From a virus: DNA of 64,000 nucleotides. The DNA lies in IMG/VR virus record IMGVR_UViG_3300031578_000001. One strand, 5' to 3'. The notes under the pieces were generated by a model. That model made no database searches. It saw only the letters and a program-made list of their open reading frames with translations, and was not told the DNA's origin. Of this stretch, positions 63,718-64,000 are shown one piece after another (the stretch's first letter is position 1; each line of letters opens with the position of its first letter). Made by a program: the position numbers and the translations under genes.

Positions 63718-64000
63718 ATGGCATCAAAAGAGGACAAAGACCGCGAACTCAGATCTAAGGCATTGGCCCTCGGCTTGCTTGGATACGTTCCGGCAACCGT
63801 GGGTGCTGGCGCTGCTACACGTCTGCTTCAAGGCAAAGGAGCCAAGGTCGTATTCTCCGGTCCTAAGATCAGCGAGACGGCCGCGGAGAGGTTCCCGATG
63901 AAGGCGTTCGGCAAGAATCCGAACATTGAATTCATCAAAGATGTGATGCCGTCTTCCGGACGTACAGTGCGTCTTCCTGTGGTCGTGGGGAAGGGGAGGA
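63718..64000 (+). CDS. 5' part of hypothetical protein with hydrophobic Gly/Ala helix (partial)
   Basis: MASKEDKDRELRSKALALGLLGYVPATVGAGAATRLL..., open to window end. Confidence 0.6.
   Translation, partial: MASKEDKDRELRSKALALGLLGYVPATVGAGAATRLLQGKGAKVVFSGPKISETAAERFPMKAFGKNPNIEFIKDVMPSSGRTVRLPVVVGKGR

Noticed and set aside
1-64000. Stop-codon recoding (seen in some large phages)
   Set aside because: Conserved genes are full length in the standard code and end with TAG, TGA and TAA.

Overview
This window is a 64-kb slice of a large, GC-rich, contractile-tailed (myovirus-like, probably jumbo) phage genome read in the standard genetic code. (1) 1-11.7 kb (+): head, neck and tail genes, including major capsid, ~1046-aa sheath and tail tube. 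(2) 11.7-50.5 kb (-): a long early/replication arm. It encodes a sigma70-like factor, small Zn-ribbon ORFs, DEDDh exonuclease, DNA MTase, RuvC, two RNase H, a Cas4-like nuclease, UDG, an Hjc-like resolvase, RecA, SF2 helicase, family A DNA polymerase with a LAGLIDADG intein, SSB with a very long Q/P/G tail, primase, class II RNR, DnaB, and an HTH initiator containing iteron-like repeats. (3) 50.6-62 kb (+): tail chaperone with a clear -1 frameshift signal, lipoprotein/holin-like genes, tape measure, baseplate genes and a second sigma factor. The most striking element is at the 5' end of the minus arm (45.66-50.53 kb). There a membrane-protein gene, a multi-hairpin non-coding RNA, a 13-codon leader ORF and a retron-type reverse transcriptase with a non-canonical YCDN motif run directly into a complete ubiquitin-like conjugation operon (E2, JAB, E1/ThiF, Ubl). 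Two copies of a structurally conserved hairpin bracket the RT-Ubl block. All family calls come from motif recognition by eye; no searches were run.
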